A stretch of 64,000 nucleotides of DNA from Candidatus Latescibacterota bacterium (lineage in GTDB: Bacteria; Latescibacterota; UBA2968; UBA8231), in assembly GCA_965197905.1 (NCBI GenBank), contig CBDAOB010000004.1, positions 704,001-768,000 on the forward strand, read 5' to 3'. Position 1 is the stretch's first letter, and each line of letters starts with the position of its first letter. Both the position numbers and the translations under genes were made by a program. Below are positions 53,215 through 62,475 of the stretch, piece after piece. The notes under the pieces were generated by a model. It did not search any database, was not told the origin of the DNA, and saw nothing but the letters and a program-made list of their open reading frames with translations.

Positions 53215-54219
53215 TTAGACGATCTTGTGCAGTTCCGCCCAGTACCTGATGAACGCGATATCCCGGTCGAAAGTGCCGTCGAAGACCCAGTTGCGGCCCC
53301 AGTCCTCCACCTGCGCCTCCGTGCCCGAACGCCAGATCAGGCGGGCCAGCACGAAGAGTTTCACCGCCTGCAGTTCGGGCTCACTCGGTTGGCGAATGCT
53401 CGAATACCCCTCCAGATAGAAGTTCCAACGGCGGTCCGATTTAGCCCGTCCGGAACGCGTCGCACCGTCGACCTGCGCATTCTTGGCGAGAAATACAGCC
53501 AGGTCGTAGGCGCGCCAGCCGTAGCCGTAACAGTCGAAGTCGAAGACCGTCATGCGGCCCTGTTCGTCCACGTGTACGTTGCCGCCGTAGTGATCTCCGT
53601 GGCAGCAGCCGTACTCCGGCCGGGTCAATGGAAGAAATCCGTCTAACCTCGATTTCAGTTCACTGCCGATCTTCATGAGGCAATCGAGATCTTTGCGTCG
53701 GTGTTCCAAACACTGGGTAACGCTGCGCAACGAGTCGTCCACCAGGTAGCCAAGATCGAGATGGAAACGCCTGCGATCCTCATCACATTTGTCCAGGCAC
53801 CTGTGCATTCGCGCCAGCAGCTCACCGTAAGCACGCGAATTTCTCGCGTTGAGCTCCATTGGCTGTCCCGGCGCGTAGGTGAACAGCGCGGCATAACGCA
53901 CGCCTTCGGGTGCGGCGATCCGCGTCAGAAACGAACGGTCTTTCCTTTTTATTGGATAGGAAACTGGAAGCTTGTGGCGGCGAAGATAGGTCAGCATCTC
54001 GAGCTCCGCCTGGATCTCCGCCTTGGTGCGCCAACCGTGTCGGTAGACCCTCAGTATGAACTGTGAGGAGCCCGCGGTAACCGCGTAGGTGTCATTGAGT
54101 CCCGGATTGTGGAAATAACAACGCGCGGGTGCGGGGAGCGAAAATTTGCTCAACACGCGCTCGGCCAGCGCCTGGCCCGCGAGAATTGAATTGTTCAAAG
54201 GGAAATGGTGCTGGTTCAT
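53215..54219 (-). CDS. APH / homoserine kinase type II family phosphotransferase
   Basis: ILRVY, HGDHYGGN, FDFD and YDLA. Confidence 0.85.
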   Translation of the reverse strand: MNQHHFPLNNSILAGQALAERVLSKFSLPAPARCYFHNPGLNDTYAVTAGSSQFILRVYRHGWRTKAEIQAELEMLTYLRRHKLPVSYPIKRKDRSFLTRIAAPEGVRYAALFTYAPGQPMELNARNSRAYGELLARMHRCLDKCDEDRRRFHLDLGYLVDDSLRSVTQCLEHRRKDLDCLMKIGSELKSRLDGFLPLTRPEYGCCHGDHYGGNVHVDEQGRMTVFDFDCYGYGWRAYDLAVFLAKNAQVDGATRSGRAKSDRRWNFYLEGYSSIRQPSEPELQAVKLFVLARLIWRSGTEAQVEDWGRNWVFDGTFDRDIAFIRYWAELHKIV

Positions 54220-54273
54220 ACTACCGCGCCTTCATCCTCCCGCTTCCAATCTGAGTTGGTCGGTCTGTTTCGG

Positions 54274-55122
54274 TTATGCTAAGCGCCGAAACACCTCGAT
54301 GCTCGCGGCGCCGTAGGTTTCTTCGAGCACCACCCCTCCCCTCTCTCGGCACACCGTCTTCAAAGGTTCCGCCGCGTTGCCGGGACAGAAACCGTGCCCA
54401 CACACCTCGAATGCAGCGACGTCGTTGAGACCGTCTCCCACCATAGCGGCGTCGGAAGCAGGGACGCTCAGCATCTCCAGGAGGATTTGGGCGCCGGTTC
54501 CCTTGTCGACTGGTGAGGTGACATCCACATGAAATTCGTTGTAGTAGAACCGCAGACGCCCCTGTTGGATGGAGGTGTGCATCCTGAGGACCTGTTTCAG
54601 ATCCTCGACAAGAGACGATCCGGTTGCCGACGGAGGGACATGAAGGGTGAGCAAGGTTTCTTTTGGAATCTGGTGAATCTCACTCCCGATTTTTTCGGCG
54701 AGCAGCTCTTCTCCGCCGGAGTTGTACCAGTGGATAAGTTCCTGCACCTCGCTCAGATCTTCGAAAGGTGCGGCGAGCTCGGGTCGCTGCGACTCCTCGG
54801 CGACGGCGACCAGGTCGATGGTCGCATCCTGTATCAGGTCGTATGCGACCGCCCCGGTTTCTGACAGCACGTAACGCAGCTTCGAGGTCGCGAGCTCTTC
54901 GGCGATGAAGAGGGTGTCCAGCAAGCGCCTGCCGGTGGCCAGGATGACCTTTTCGACGCTCGAATCGTCAATGGCCGCGCTGACCCGCGCCAACATCTCT
55001 TTCTGGTCCGACGTAAGTCGGCGGTGTTCTTCGCCGGAGACGAATTGGGTTCCATCCTCGGGATTCAGGCATCCGTCGACATCGTGGAACAGAACTCGGA
55101 TAGGGCTCGTTTCAGGCGACAT
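54274..55122 (-). CDS. HAD-IIB (Cof-like) hydrolase
   Basis: DVDGCL, ATGR, DKG and GDGLND. Confidence 0.85.
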   Translation of the reverse strand: MSPETSPIRVLFHDVDGCLNPEDGTQFVSGEEHRRLTSDQKEMLARVSAAIDDSSVEKVILATGRRLLDTLFIAEELATSKLRYVLSETGAVAYDLIQDATIDLVAVAEESQRPELAAPFEDLSEVQELIHWYNSGGEELLAEKIGSEIHQIPKETLLTLHVPPSATGSSLVEDLKQVLRMHTSIQQGRLRFYYNEFHVDVTSPVDKGTGAQILLEMLSVPASDAAMVGDGLNDVAAFEVCGHGFCPGNAAEPLKTVCRERGGVVLEETYGAASIEVFRRLA

Positions 55123-55366
55123 GGTTTAGATACTCATTCGACCCGACCCTGCCGTCAAACGGCCGGAGGAGGGCTGAACAGACTCTTTCAGCCCTTCGAG
55201 TAGATTGGAAGCGGCAGGAAGGCTGGTTGGGTTTGCGTTTGAGCAGGCAAGCCGTCTGCTGAAAACTGCGCAGGCGCTGAATCTTGAGCGCCCAGAATCG
55301 ATCGATTTCTCATCCCACCGTTGTTGTCTACGGGGAAAAAAGCGCCAGCTCAGAGAGAATTGAGTC

Positions 55367-55382
55367 AGGTACGCGTCTTGCT
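55367..55382 (+). promoter_or_regulatory. Possible sigma-54 promoter
   Basis: AGGTACGCGTCTTGCT gives GG-N10-GC, about 55 nt upstream of the ATG at 55439. Confidence 0.45.
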
Positions 55383-55438
55383 GTAACTCTTCGAGCCACC
55401 AATCAAGGTGCCACCATCAATTCGTAAGAGGTATCGCC

Positions 55439-55801
55439 ATGAAAAACCTTTTGCAGATCGTCTGCGCAATTTTCGCCACCGCTCTGTTTGTTTTCGGATC
55501 CGGATGTTCGTCGTCCAGTACATCCTCTGAACCTGGCAGGGTAGGAAAGCTGGGAGTACAGCGCGACAGAGAAAGCAATGAAACCGAGGAAGAGATCGCC
55601 ATTGAAGCATTGCCGGCCGTAGTGGTCGATGCCGTAAACGGTGCCGTCGAAGGCGGCGTTATCGTTGAAGCCGAGAGGGAAACCGAAGACGGCCAGGTGA
55701 TTTACGAAGTGGAGGTTGACGTGGATGGCGTTGAGTGGGAAGTGGAAGTCGATGAGGATGGCAACGTGCTCGAGGTTGAAAGTGAGGACGATGAGGAGTG
55801 A
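55439..55801 (+). CDS. PepSY-like exported (lipo)protein
   Basis: Signal peptide with lipobox-like GSGC; LP.VV..AV, YEVEV and EVEVDEDGNVL. Confidence 0.78.
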   Translation: MKNLLQIVCAIFATALFVFGSGCSSSSTSSEPGRVGKLGVQRDRESNETEEEIAIEALPAVVVDAVNGAVEGGVIVEAERETEDGQVIYEVEVDVDGVEWEVEVDEDGNVLEVESEDDEE

Positions 55802-55844
55802 GGACGATGAGGATGAGGATGAGGATGAGGATGATGACGATTGA
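55781..55844 (+). repeat. 16-bp tandem duplication followed by a GAGGAT microsatellite
   Basis: AGTGAGGACGATGAGG at 55781 and 55797, then GAGGAT repeats. Confidence 0.85.
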
Positions 55845-55856
55845 GCCGTAGAACCA

Positions 55857-55906
55857 CAAGAGGCGACGATGGCGCGCGAACCTAAGAGCGCCGTCGCCGC
55901 CTCTTG
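55857..55906. terminator. Stem-loop between convergent genes
   Basis: CAAGAGGCGACGATGGCGC...GCGCCGTCGCCGCCTCTTG, an imperfect 19-bp stem. Confidence 0.55.
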
Positions 55907-56011
55907 CTGCATGTCCTTTGCTTAGCTCCGACCCGCGTCTTCCAAGCTCTCGCAGACAACAGTCCCTTATCGCCTGACGTCCAGGAGGGATCGCAGAAAT
56001 GCGGGTGAGTT

Positions 56012-59000
56012 CTACCGGCGTTGCGCATTCTTGATTTTTTCCAACAGCCTCTGAATCGACGCCATGTCGAAAGATTCCGCATGTTCCTGCATCGTCGTCG
56101 CCAGCTGGTTGGCACCCGGTCCTATCTCCCCTAGCTCGGCCAGCGCCTGCCGCAACTCGGTTATGTTGGCCACCGCGGCGGACTGGGTTAGACGAGTGAC
56201 TAATTCTGCAGGCAGCGAAACGCGACTTGGATCGATCGGCGCTTCCACCTTAAGCGCCGGTTCTGCCGCATCCCTATCGGAGTAAACGAATTCCACCCCC
56301 AGCAGATCTGCCAGACAACTGTAGATCTGTTCGACGCGTACCGGTTTGCCGACAAACTCGTCGAACCCCGACGACAGATAGTGCTGACGTTCGTGTTCCA
56401 ACGTCGAAGCGGAGACAGCCACCGCTTTGATCGCTGTCGTCGCTGGATCTGTCTTCAACCGTTCAACCGCCTCGTTGCCATCCATTTCCGGCATGCGAAT
56501 ATCCATGAAGACGATATCCACCGTCTCTTCACGCGCCGCCTCCACCGCTTCGCGACCGTTGACGGCTTGCACGACGTGAACGCCGATCGCTTCCAAGAAT
56601 TGCGCCAGGATGTCGCGATTCTCCTTGACGTCATCCGCCACAAGGGCGCGCACGGAGTGAGCCGGATCCAGTCCAACGATACGACTCCAGTCGCGCTCCA
56701 CTTTTGGTGGCAACACGCTCTGCGACCGGGATAATTTGATGCTGAACGAGAAGGTGGTTCCTTTTCCGACCGCGGACTCCAGCTCGAGGGTACCCCCCAT
56801 CAACTCCACCAATCGCTTCGACACCGCGAGTCCGAGCCCGGTGCCGCCGCGCTCGTACCCCGCGCTGCCCTGCTGAAAAGGCTGGAACAGCTCCTGTTGC
56901 TCATCGGCACCGATACCTTGCCCCGTGTCCGTCACCACGAACCGATAGTTGTCGGGACCCGCAGGGGTGACGTTCAAAGAAACGGAACCTTTCTGGGTAA
57001 ACTTCACCGCATTGCCCAGCATGTTTATGAGCACCTGCATGAGTTTGCTTTCGTCGCCTCGAACCGAGACGCGGCCCGGGCTCGGCAACTCGAGGCGCCA
57101 TTCGAGACCCGCTTCGCGACAGCGAAGATCAAACATTACCGCTAGGCTCTGGAGCAGCTGGTCCAGGTCGAAATCCGACTCCTGAATCACCATTCGGCCC
57201 GCTTCGATCTTCGAGATGTCCAGGACCTCATTGATCAGCTTGAGCAGATGATCGCCGCTGGTCTGGATCGTTCCCACCGCCTGCCTGTGTTTGTCGGTCA
57301 GATCCGGGCTGTTCTGCATGATCTGCGCGTAGCCGATGATCGCGTTCATTGGCGTGCGAATTTCGTGGCTGATATTAGCCAGGAATTGCGACTTGGCCTG
57401 GTTGGCCAACTCGGCCGCATCCTTGGCTTCGCGGAGTTCGGAAATCAATTGGTTCTGAGCTTCGGTGGCCTCCTGAAAATCGCTGTAGCGGGCGTAGGCC
57501 AAGTCTACGACTTCGGCGAAGTCTTGGACGCGCCCAATCTCGCCCCCGGTAAATGCGGTTCCCTGACCGCTCCATCCCCGTTGCAATACCAGCGCGCCAC
57601 GGCTGTAAGGCACGTTGACTCCCCAGATCCTGGCTTTGGTATTGAGGGTGTCATCGGGTTCTAGGGTCGCCCAGCTCGATTTTTCCTGCTCCGTCATCTC
57701 CCCATGCCAAGTCTGTGCGGAACGCCATTGTTCGATGTAGTTGTGACTGAATTCGGTTTTTGCTTCGTTTGAAAGAACCTGGAGTCCGGTCTCCTCGTCC
57801 TCGGGGCGAACAACCTGTATGGTACCAGTCGCTTCGTTCAGAACGCAGACGTAAAGCAGATCGAATCTAACCCCCATTTGACGCAATTCGTCTCCTACCT
57901 GGACGATCACCTTTTGAAGATCATCCGACCTCTTCATGGCGAGAATAGTACTGCGGACCCGCTCGAGGGCTTGCTCCGCGGAGAAGCTGCGCAACAGATC
58001 TGCCATGTCGGTGTCGTCTTTGTCGACGCTCTCGAGGATGTTACGCGTGACCGGCGTGCTGCTTATGTTGAGAATGTCGGCTACAACCTTCGGGCCACCC
58101 ACGTCCTGGTCGCCAACCAGGATATCCCTCAACGACTGTTCCAGGGCTTCTTCTATCTGGTTGATGGCGTTGGGGGTGACGCTATCCATGGTCGCCATTC
58201 GATAGGCGACATCTGCCTGCAGAGGCTCGGGAAATTGGGCCAGAAGGCCGGCAGCCTGGTCCGCACCTAGCTGCGAGGCAATTAGCGCTATGGTCTGCGG
58301 GTGCTCATTGGCCAGAAACGGCGCCAGTTGATCTGGTTCCACGTTCTTGAGCATGTAGAATCCAGCCGTCACCCTGCTGGAGACGCGGGCTAGGATCTCT
58401 TTGGCTCGGGGCGCTCCAACGGCACGGGTAACTGCGGCGCGGGCAAAGTCCATTCCTCCGGTGCTCAACCACGTTCCTGCAAGCAGATGCTGCCTGAACT
58501 CTTCCAGCACGTCGTCGCGAAGCGCTTTCGGAGTGCCCTGCAAACGGGCAATCGCCTGGGTGGTCTCCTCTATCTCGAAATCGGAGAGATGTTGCATTAT
58601 CATGCCGGACACCTCTTGGCCGACAGCGACCATCACGATGGCCGCTTTTTGAATCGCCTCTAGCCCGCTCTCTTCGGTGGATTCATCGTCAACAAGCATC
58701 GTGCTCACCAGGTTGGCCGCCTCAGCCGGACGGTTACGCATGAATTCGTAGACAGAGGTAGATTCGTCAACGTGAAACGGAGCTGAGTCCTCTGTGCGAG
58801 TCGTACCTGTTTCGAGCCGTCCCTGCTCCGTGACGGAGGGCGCGATCTCCTGCTCGGGTTGATCGTCTCGTACTGGAGAAGCTTCAGCCGCGCCTGGCGC
58901 CCTTTCCTCCTGAAGGAGGGAGAAGGCCTGTTCCCAATTCGTCGAGGACGGGTACGCTGGCACGGGTGCCATCGAACCTACCTCGCTGTGGGAGGGGGGT

Positions 59001-59083
59001 CTCCACTCCTCAACGGAAACCAGATGTAACTTGCTGCTCCTCAATCCTAGAATGCGACCCGCGGATTTCTCTGATGCAGACAT
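56012..59083 (-). CDS. FliG(N/M)-GAF-like-hybrid histidine kinase fusion
   Basis: [21 protein letters not shown] and [11 protein letters not shown], then [27 protein letters not shown] and REC (ADD, MDIRMP, KP), all in one frame. ATG at 59083 after GAGGAGG. Confidence 0.9.
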   Translation of the reverse strand: MSASEKSAGRILGLRSSKLHLVSVEEWRPPSHSEVGSMAPVPAYPSSTNWEQAFSLLQEERAPGAAEASPVRDDQPEQEIAPSVTEQGRLETGTTRTEDSAPFHVDESTSVYEFMRNRPAEAANLVSTMLVDDESTEESGLEAIQKAAIVMVAVGQEVSGMIMQHLSDFEIEETTQAIARLQGTPKALRDDVLEEFRQHLLAGTWLSTGGMDFARAAVTRAVGAPRAKEILARVSSRVTAGFYMLKNVEPDQLAPFLANEHPQTIALIASQLGADQAAGLLAQFPEPLQADVAYRMATMDSVTPNAINQIEEALEQSLRDILVGDQDVGGPKVVADILNISSTPVTRNILESVDKDDTDMADLLRSFSAEQALERVRSTILAMKRSDDLQKVIVQVGDELRQMGVRFDLLYVCVLNEATGTIQVVRPEDEETGLQVLSNEAKTEFSHNYIEQWRSAQTWHGEMTEQEKSSWATLEPDDTLNTKARIWGVNVPYSRGALVLQRGWSGQGTAFTGGEIGRVQDFAEVVDLAYARYSDFQEATEAQNQLISELREAKDAAELANQAKSQFLANISHEIRTPMNAIIGYAQIMQNSPDLTDKHRQAVGTIQTSGDHLLKLINEVLDISKIEAGRMVIQESDFDLDQLLQSLAVMFDLRCREAGLEWRLELPSPGRVSVRGDESKLMQVLINMLGNAVKFTQKGSVSLNVTPAGPDNYRFVVTDTGQGIGADEQQELFQPFQQGSAGYERGGTGLGLAVSKRLVELMGGTLELESAVGKGTTFSFSIKLSRSQSVLPPKVERDWSRIVGLDPAHSVRALVADDVKENRDILAQFLEAIGVHVVQAVNGREAVEAAREETVDIVFMDIRMPEMDGNEAVERLKTDPATTAIKAVAVSASTLEHERQHYLSSGFDEFVGKPVRVEQIYSCLADLLGVEFVYSDRDAAEPALKVEAPIDPSRVSLPAELVTRLTQSAAVANITELRQALAELGEIGPGANQLATTMQEHAESFDMASIQRLLEKIKNAQRR

Positions 59084-59104
59084 CTGTTCCTCCTGCCTCG
59101 TCAC

Positions 59105-59461
59105 CTATGATTCCTCACGAAGCGATTCTGACCCAATGGAATCGAGTCGCAGATCGTATGCCTGTTCCTTGCGAACGTGGAAGCGGACCAGCCTGCAAGC
59201 AATGCGATCTCCAAGCACGACGATCTCGCTTTCGGCAAACGGATGGTTGTTGGCCAGAACGGCGAACGCTTCCCCGGCTTGTTTATCCAGAACGATGACG
59301 TCGTCTGGACCCAAATCGGAAACCTCGCTCAGCGGCATGCGTTTGCGACCCATTTCGACCACCAGCTGCATACGTACGCTTCCCAGATGTTGCAGGTTTT
59401 CCGCTTCACGCCGCAGCAGGTCTGTCGCCTCGTTCGGGTTGAGTGATAAGCTTTCGTTCAT
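59105..59461 (-). CDS. fliN: FliN/SPOA-domain protein (type B)
   Basis: VEMGRK, VIVLDKQAGEAF and FAESEIVV. Confidence 0.78.
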   Translation of the reverse strand: MNESLSLNPNEATDLLRREAENLQHLGSVRMQLVVEMGRKRMPLSEVSDLGPDDVIVLDKQAGEAFAVLANNHPFAESEIVVLGDRIACRLVRFHVRKEQAYDLRLDSIGSESLREES

Positions 59462-59760
59462 TTTTCGTCCGCTCCGGAATCCAGAATCTCCGTCACTCGC
59501 ACACCGAAGCTCTCACCGACAGTCACCACGTCCCCTTTGGCGAACTGCTTGCCGTTCAGGCGAATGTCGATCGACTCTCCCACCAACCGGTCCAACTCGA
59601 TAATCGAATGTTCGTCCATTTCCAAAAGCCGGTCCAAGGTCTCCTCGGTGCGCCCCAATTCCATGCAGACCGTCACCATGACGTCCGGAATTTCGGCGGG
59701 TTTGTGCGTTGCATCGGTCTTGATTGCTTTCGTGGTCGCTTCCTGCTTCGTCCCGGGCAT
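59458..59760 (-). CDS. fliN: FliN/SPOA-domain protein (type A)
   Basis: ELGRT, IIELDRLVGESIDIRLNGK.FAKGDVVTVGESFGVRVTE. Confidence 0.88.
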   Translation of the reverse strand: MPGTKQEATTKAIKTDATHKPAEIPDVMVTVCMELGRTEETLDRLLEMDEHSIIELDRLVGESIDIRLNGKQFAKGDVVTVGESFGVRVTEILDSGADEK

Positions 59761-59781
59761 GTCTGTTAGCTCCTGTCTGTT

Positions 59782-60786
59782 CTATTGGCCTTCCAATGGA
59801 TAGTCTGCCTTCAACTCTTGCGGTACCTTTCCCACGACCTGCAGCTTGATTTCTCCAGCCTCGTTCGCAAACGGACGGGCGTAGAGCTTGGGCTCGCCGC
59901 CGACAAACACGATGCAGGGGTCGGTCTTGTGACCTCGCATGCAGACCACGTCGCCCACCCGCATTCCGTCGACGTCTTCCAGGGCCAGGTCAGTGCGTCC
60001 CATCTCCACTACCAGCGGCATCTTCGCGGGGCCGAGCACCGAGCGGTTGCGCCGAGTCGTTGCCTCCCGATTCAAACGGGGGCCACGTACATAGTGTTGT
60101 TCGCCTAAAAGGGGTAGAATGGGCTCCAATGTGAAGAAAGGATAGCACATCTTGACCAATTGCTTGCTGATATGCGCTGAATTCACCTCAAATGCGATAA
60201 GGATTACGATTTCGCTGGGAGCGGTGATTTGGAGGAACTCAGGGTTGGTCTCCAGCTCGATGTCGGTGATCTTAACCTTTTGAATCGGCGCCCACGTTGC
60301 CTCGAGATCCCCGATGACGCGCTTGGCCGAACGGTGCGTGACGCCGACCTCGATCGGTGTCATCGTCCGGCCTTCGACTCCTTCCGATGAGCCCTTCCCC
60401 CCAAAAGTCCGGTCTACCAGCGCGAACACGAGCGGCAAAGGGAAATCGAGGATTGCCAGTCCGCGAGTGGGGCCCAGCGCGAACTGGTAGGAACAGGAAG
60501 GATTGCTCAAGGACATGATGAACTCTGCGTAGGTAGTCTGATCGACAAAAGCGGTATCGACGTCGACCACGCCCCGCATAGCCCCGGAGAGCGTGGAGCT
60601 GAGCAGTCGGGCCAGATTGTCGTGCAGGTTCTCAAGGGTCCGCAGCTGTGATCTGCTTACCCTTGCGGGGTGTTTGAAATCGTAGTCGGTCGCCGGCTTG
60701 CGCTCCCCTTCCTCCTTTATCGATGGTGCTTCGTGATTGTTGCTTTTCGCGTCCTCCCGCTGTGCCTTAGCGCTCTCTGACATCAT
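59782..60786 (-). CDS. fliM: FliM (copy 2) lacking the CheY-binding peptide
   Basis: YDFKHPARV, GGKG, LETNP and SPOA domain; near-identical core to copy 1; GGAGG before ATG at 60786. Confidence 0.9.
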   Translation of the reverse strand: MMSESAKAQREDAKSNNHEAPSIKEEGERKPATDYDFKHPARVSRSQLRTLENLHDNLARLLSSTLSGAMRGVVDVDTAFVDQTTYAEFIMSLSNPSCSYQFALGPTRGLAILDFPLPLVFALVDRTFGGKGSSEGVEGRTMTPIEVGVTHRSAKRVIGDLEATWAPIQKVKITDIELETNPEFLQITAPSEIVILIAFEVNSAHISKQLVKMCYPFFTLEPILPLLGEQHYVRGPRLNREATTRRNRSVLGPAKMPLVVEMGRTDLALEDVDGMRVGDVVCMRGHKTDPCIVFVGGEPKLYARPFANEAGEIKLQVVGKVPQELKADYPLEGQ

Positions 60787-60818
60787 CGATACCTCCGCTG
60801 CAAGGTGGAACATTCGTC

Positions 60819-62324
60819 TCATCCTGGATGCTGCGCGGCTCCGTCCGCATCTGGTGCCTCGCCCTGGACCGACCGCAACACGCGATAAAGCCGGTTCCGG
60901 CTCGTGCCCAGTAGCTCCGCCGCCTTCGTCAGGTTCCCATCACAATGAGCCATCGCTTTTTCTAGAACCTTCGATTCAGCCTGCAGTGCAGCCGCATCGA
61001 GATCCAGCGGCAGCTCGTCTTCAGTGCTGATCCTAGTTTCCGTGTCCGCCGCCCCACCTTTCGGCGCCACTGGAAAATTCAAATGATGCACCTCGATTCC
61101 CTTGCCGCGACTCTCTATCACTGCCCGTTCGACGACGTTCTTCAGCTCCCGCACGTTGCCGGGAAAATCGTAGGTCTCCAGGCGGCCGACCGCCTCCGCG
61201 CTCAGGTCCGGCAGGTCGCATCCCATCTCCTCGGCGAACAGCCGTGCAAAGTGATTCGCCAACAGGCCGATGTCATCCCGGCGCTTGCGAAGCGGCGGCG
61301 TCTCAACGGTGTAGCGTGCCAGACGGTAGTAGAGATCCCGCCGAAACGAGCCTTCCTGAATCCAATTCTGAAAATCGACGTTGGTCGCTGCGAGAATGCG
61401 CACATCGACGTGCCGGCTTGCGGTCGCGCCCACCGGCCACACCTCCCCATCTTCGAGCACGCGCAGCAGCTTGGTCTGCAGTGCCGGCGGCATGTCCCCA
61501 ATCTCGTCGAGGAAAAGGGTGCCGCCGTGTGCCATCTCGAAATAGCCGATGCGATCCTCGCTGGCGCCCGTAAATGCGCCGCGCCGATGGCCGAACAGTA
61601 CCGACTCTACCAGGTCTGTGGGGATTGCGCCGCAGTTCACCGGGACAAACGGTCCGTCCCGGCGCTCGCTGCCATAGTGGATCGCCCGCGCGATCAGCTC
61701 TTTGCCGGTGCCGCTTTCGCCGGTGATCAGCACCGAGGTGGTGGGGTTCTCCTGCATGAGCTCGACCTCGGCAAAAATCTTGCGCATTGTCGAGCTGTCC
61801 CCGATAAGACCTTCCAGCCCCCAGCGTTCCTCTTCGCGGCGGGAAATCATCGAGAGTTGCCCGCGCAGAGATTTGCGCATGCTGATCTCACTCTCGAGCT
61901 CCCGATTCTTCTCTTCAAGGGCCAGATGCAACCGCCGGAGTTGGATGTGCGCCGTTACCCGTGCCAGCACCTCTTCTTCCCGGAAAGGTTTGACCACGTA
62001 GTCCACGCCACCGGCCTGGAAGCCGGCGATGACGGCCTCTTTCTCGTCCCGGCCGGTGAGGAATATGACCGGGATAGCTGCGGTCTCCGGTTCAGCTTTC
62101 AGGCGTCTGCAAACCTCGAAGCCATCCATTTCGGGCATGACGACATCGAGCAGAACAAGGTCCGGATTGGCCTGCTTGGCGATCTTTAGAGCCGCAGCTC
62201 CCTCGGTCGCGACCATTACCTTGTGTCCTCTTGCTTCGAGGACCTGCAGAAGCAGTTTGAGATTTGTCGGGTTGTCATCGACGGTCAGGACTCGAAAAGT
62301 TGTGTTGACTTGATCTGCGGTCAT
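60819..62324 (-). CDS. Sigma-54-dependent response regulator (NtrC family; REC-AAA+-HTH)
   Basis: REC domain, GESGTGKE, GAFTGA, LFLDEIG, FPGNVREL and Fis-type HTH. Confidence 0.95.
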   Translation of the reverse strand: MTADQVNTTFRVLTVDDNPTNLKLLLQVLEARGHKVMVATEGAAALKIAKQANPDLVLLDVVMPEMDGFEVCRRLKAEPETAAIPVIFLTGRDEKEAVIAGFQAGGVDYVVKPFREEEVLARVTAHIQLRRLHLALEEKNRELESEISMRKSLRGQLSMISRREEERWGLEGLIGDSSTMRKIFAEVELMQENPTTSVLITGESGTGKELIARAIHYGSERRDGPFVPVNCGAIPTDLVESVLFGHRRGAFTGASEDRIGYFEMAHGGTLFLDEIGDMPPALQTKLLRVLEDGEVWPVGATASRHVDVRILAATNVDFQNWIQEGSFRRDLYYRLARYTVETPPLRKRRDDIGLLANHFARLFAEEMGCDLPDLSAEAVGRLETYDFPGNVRELKNVVERAVIESRGKGIEVHHLNFPVAPKGGAADTETRISTEDELPLDLDAAALQAESKVLEKAMAHCDGNLTKAAELLGTSRNRLYRVLRSVQGEAPDADGAAQHPG

Positions 62325-62350
62325 TGCCAGTTGGCTTCCACATGATGGAT

Positions 62351-62367
62351 GGCAAAGGACATGCCAA
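62351..62367 (-). promoter_or_regulatory. Sigma-54 -24/-12 promoter
   Basis: Minus strand TTGGCATGTCCTTTGCC matches TGGCA-N6-TTGC (GG-N10-GC), about 27 nt upstream of the ATG at 62324. Confidence 0.78.
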
Positions 62368-62395
62368 ACCTGAACGAGCCACTGCTAGAGTGGTA

Positions 62396-62408
62396 TAACT
62401 TATTGTAA
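62396..62408 (-). promoter_or_regulatory. IHF-like site
   Basis: TTACAATAAGTTA resembles WATCAA-N4-TTR, in an AT-rich patch between promoter and palindrome. Confidence 0.5.
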
Positions 62409-62457
62409 ATTATCGTTTAAACTTGATTTCATAGCGATGGGATCAACGGGCAAGGTG

Positions 62458-62475
62458 CGTACCGAAATCGGTACG
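62458..62475. promoter_or_regulatory. Palindromic operator / upstream activator sequence
   Basis: CGTACCGA-AA-TCGGTACG, with partial copies at 62508-62519 and about 62601-62610. Confidence 0.6.

Noticed and set aside
48450..60786. Type III secretion sorting platform (SctQ) as the explanation for the SPOA proteins
   Set aside because: The proteins carry flagellar FliM/FliG motifs (LSQxEID, GGxG, EHPQ, MFTF), and no sct genes are present.
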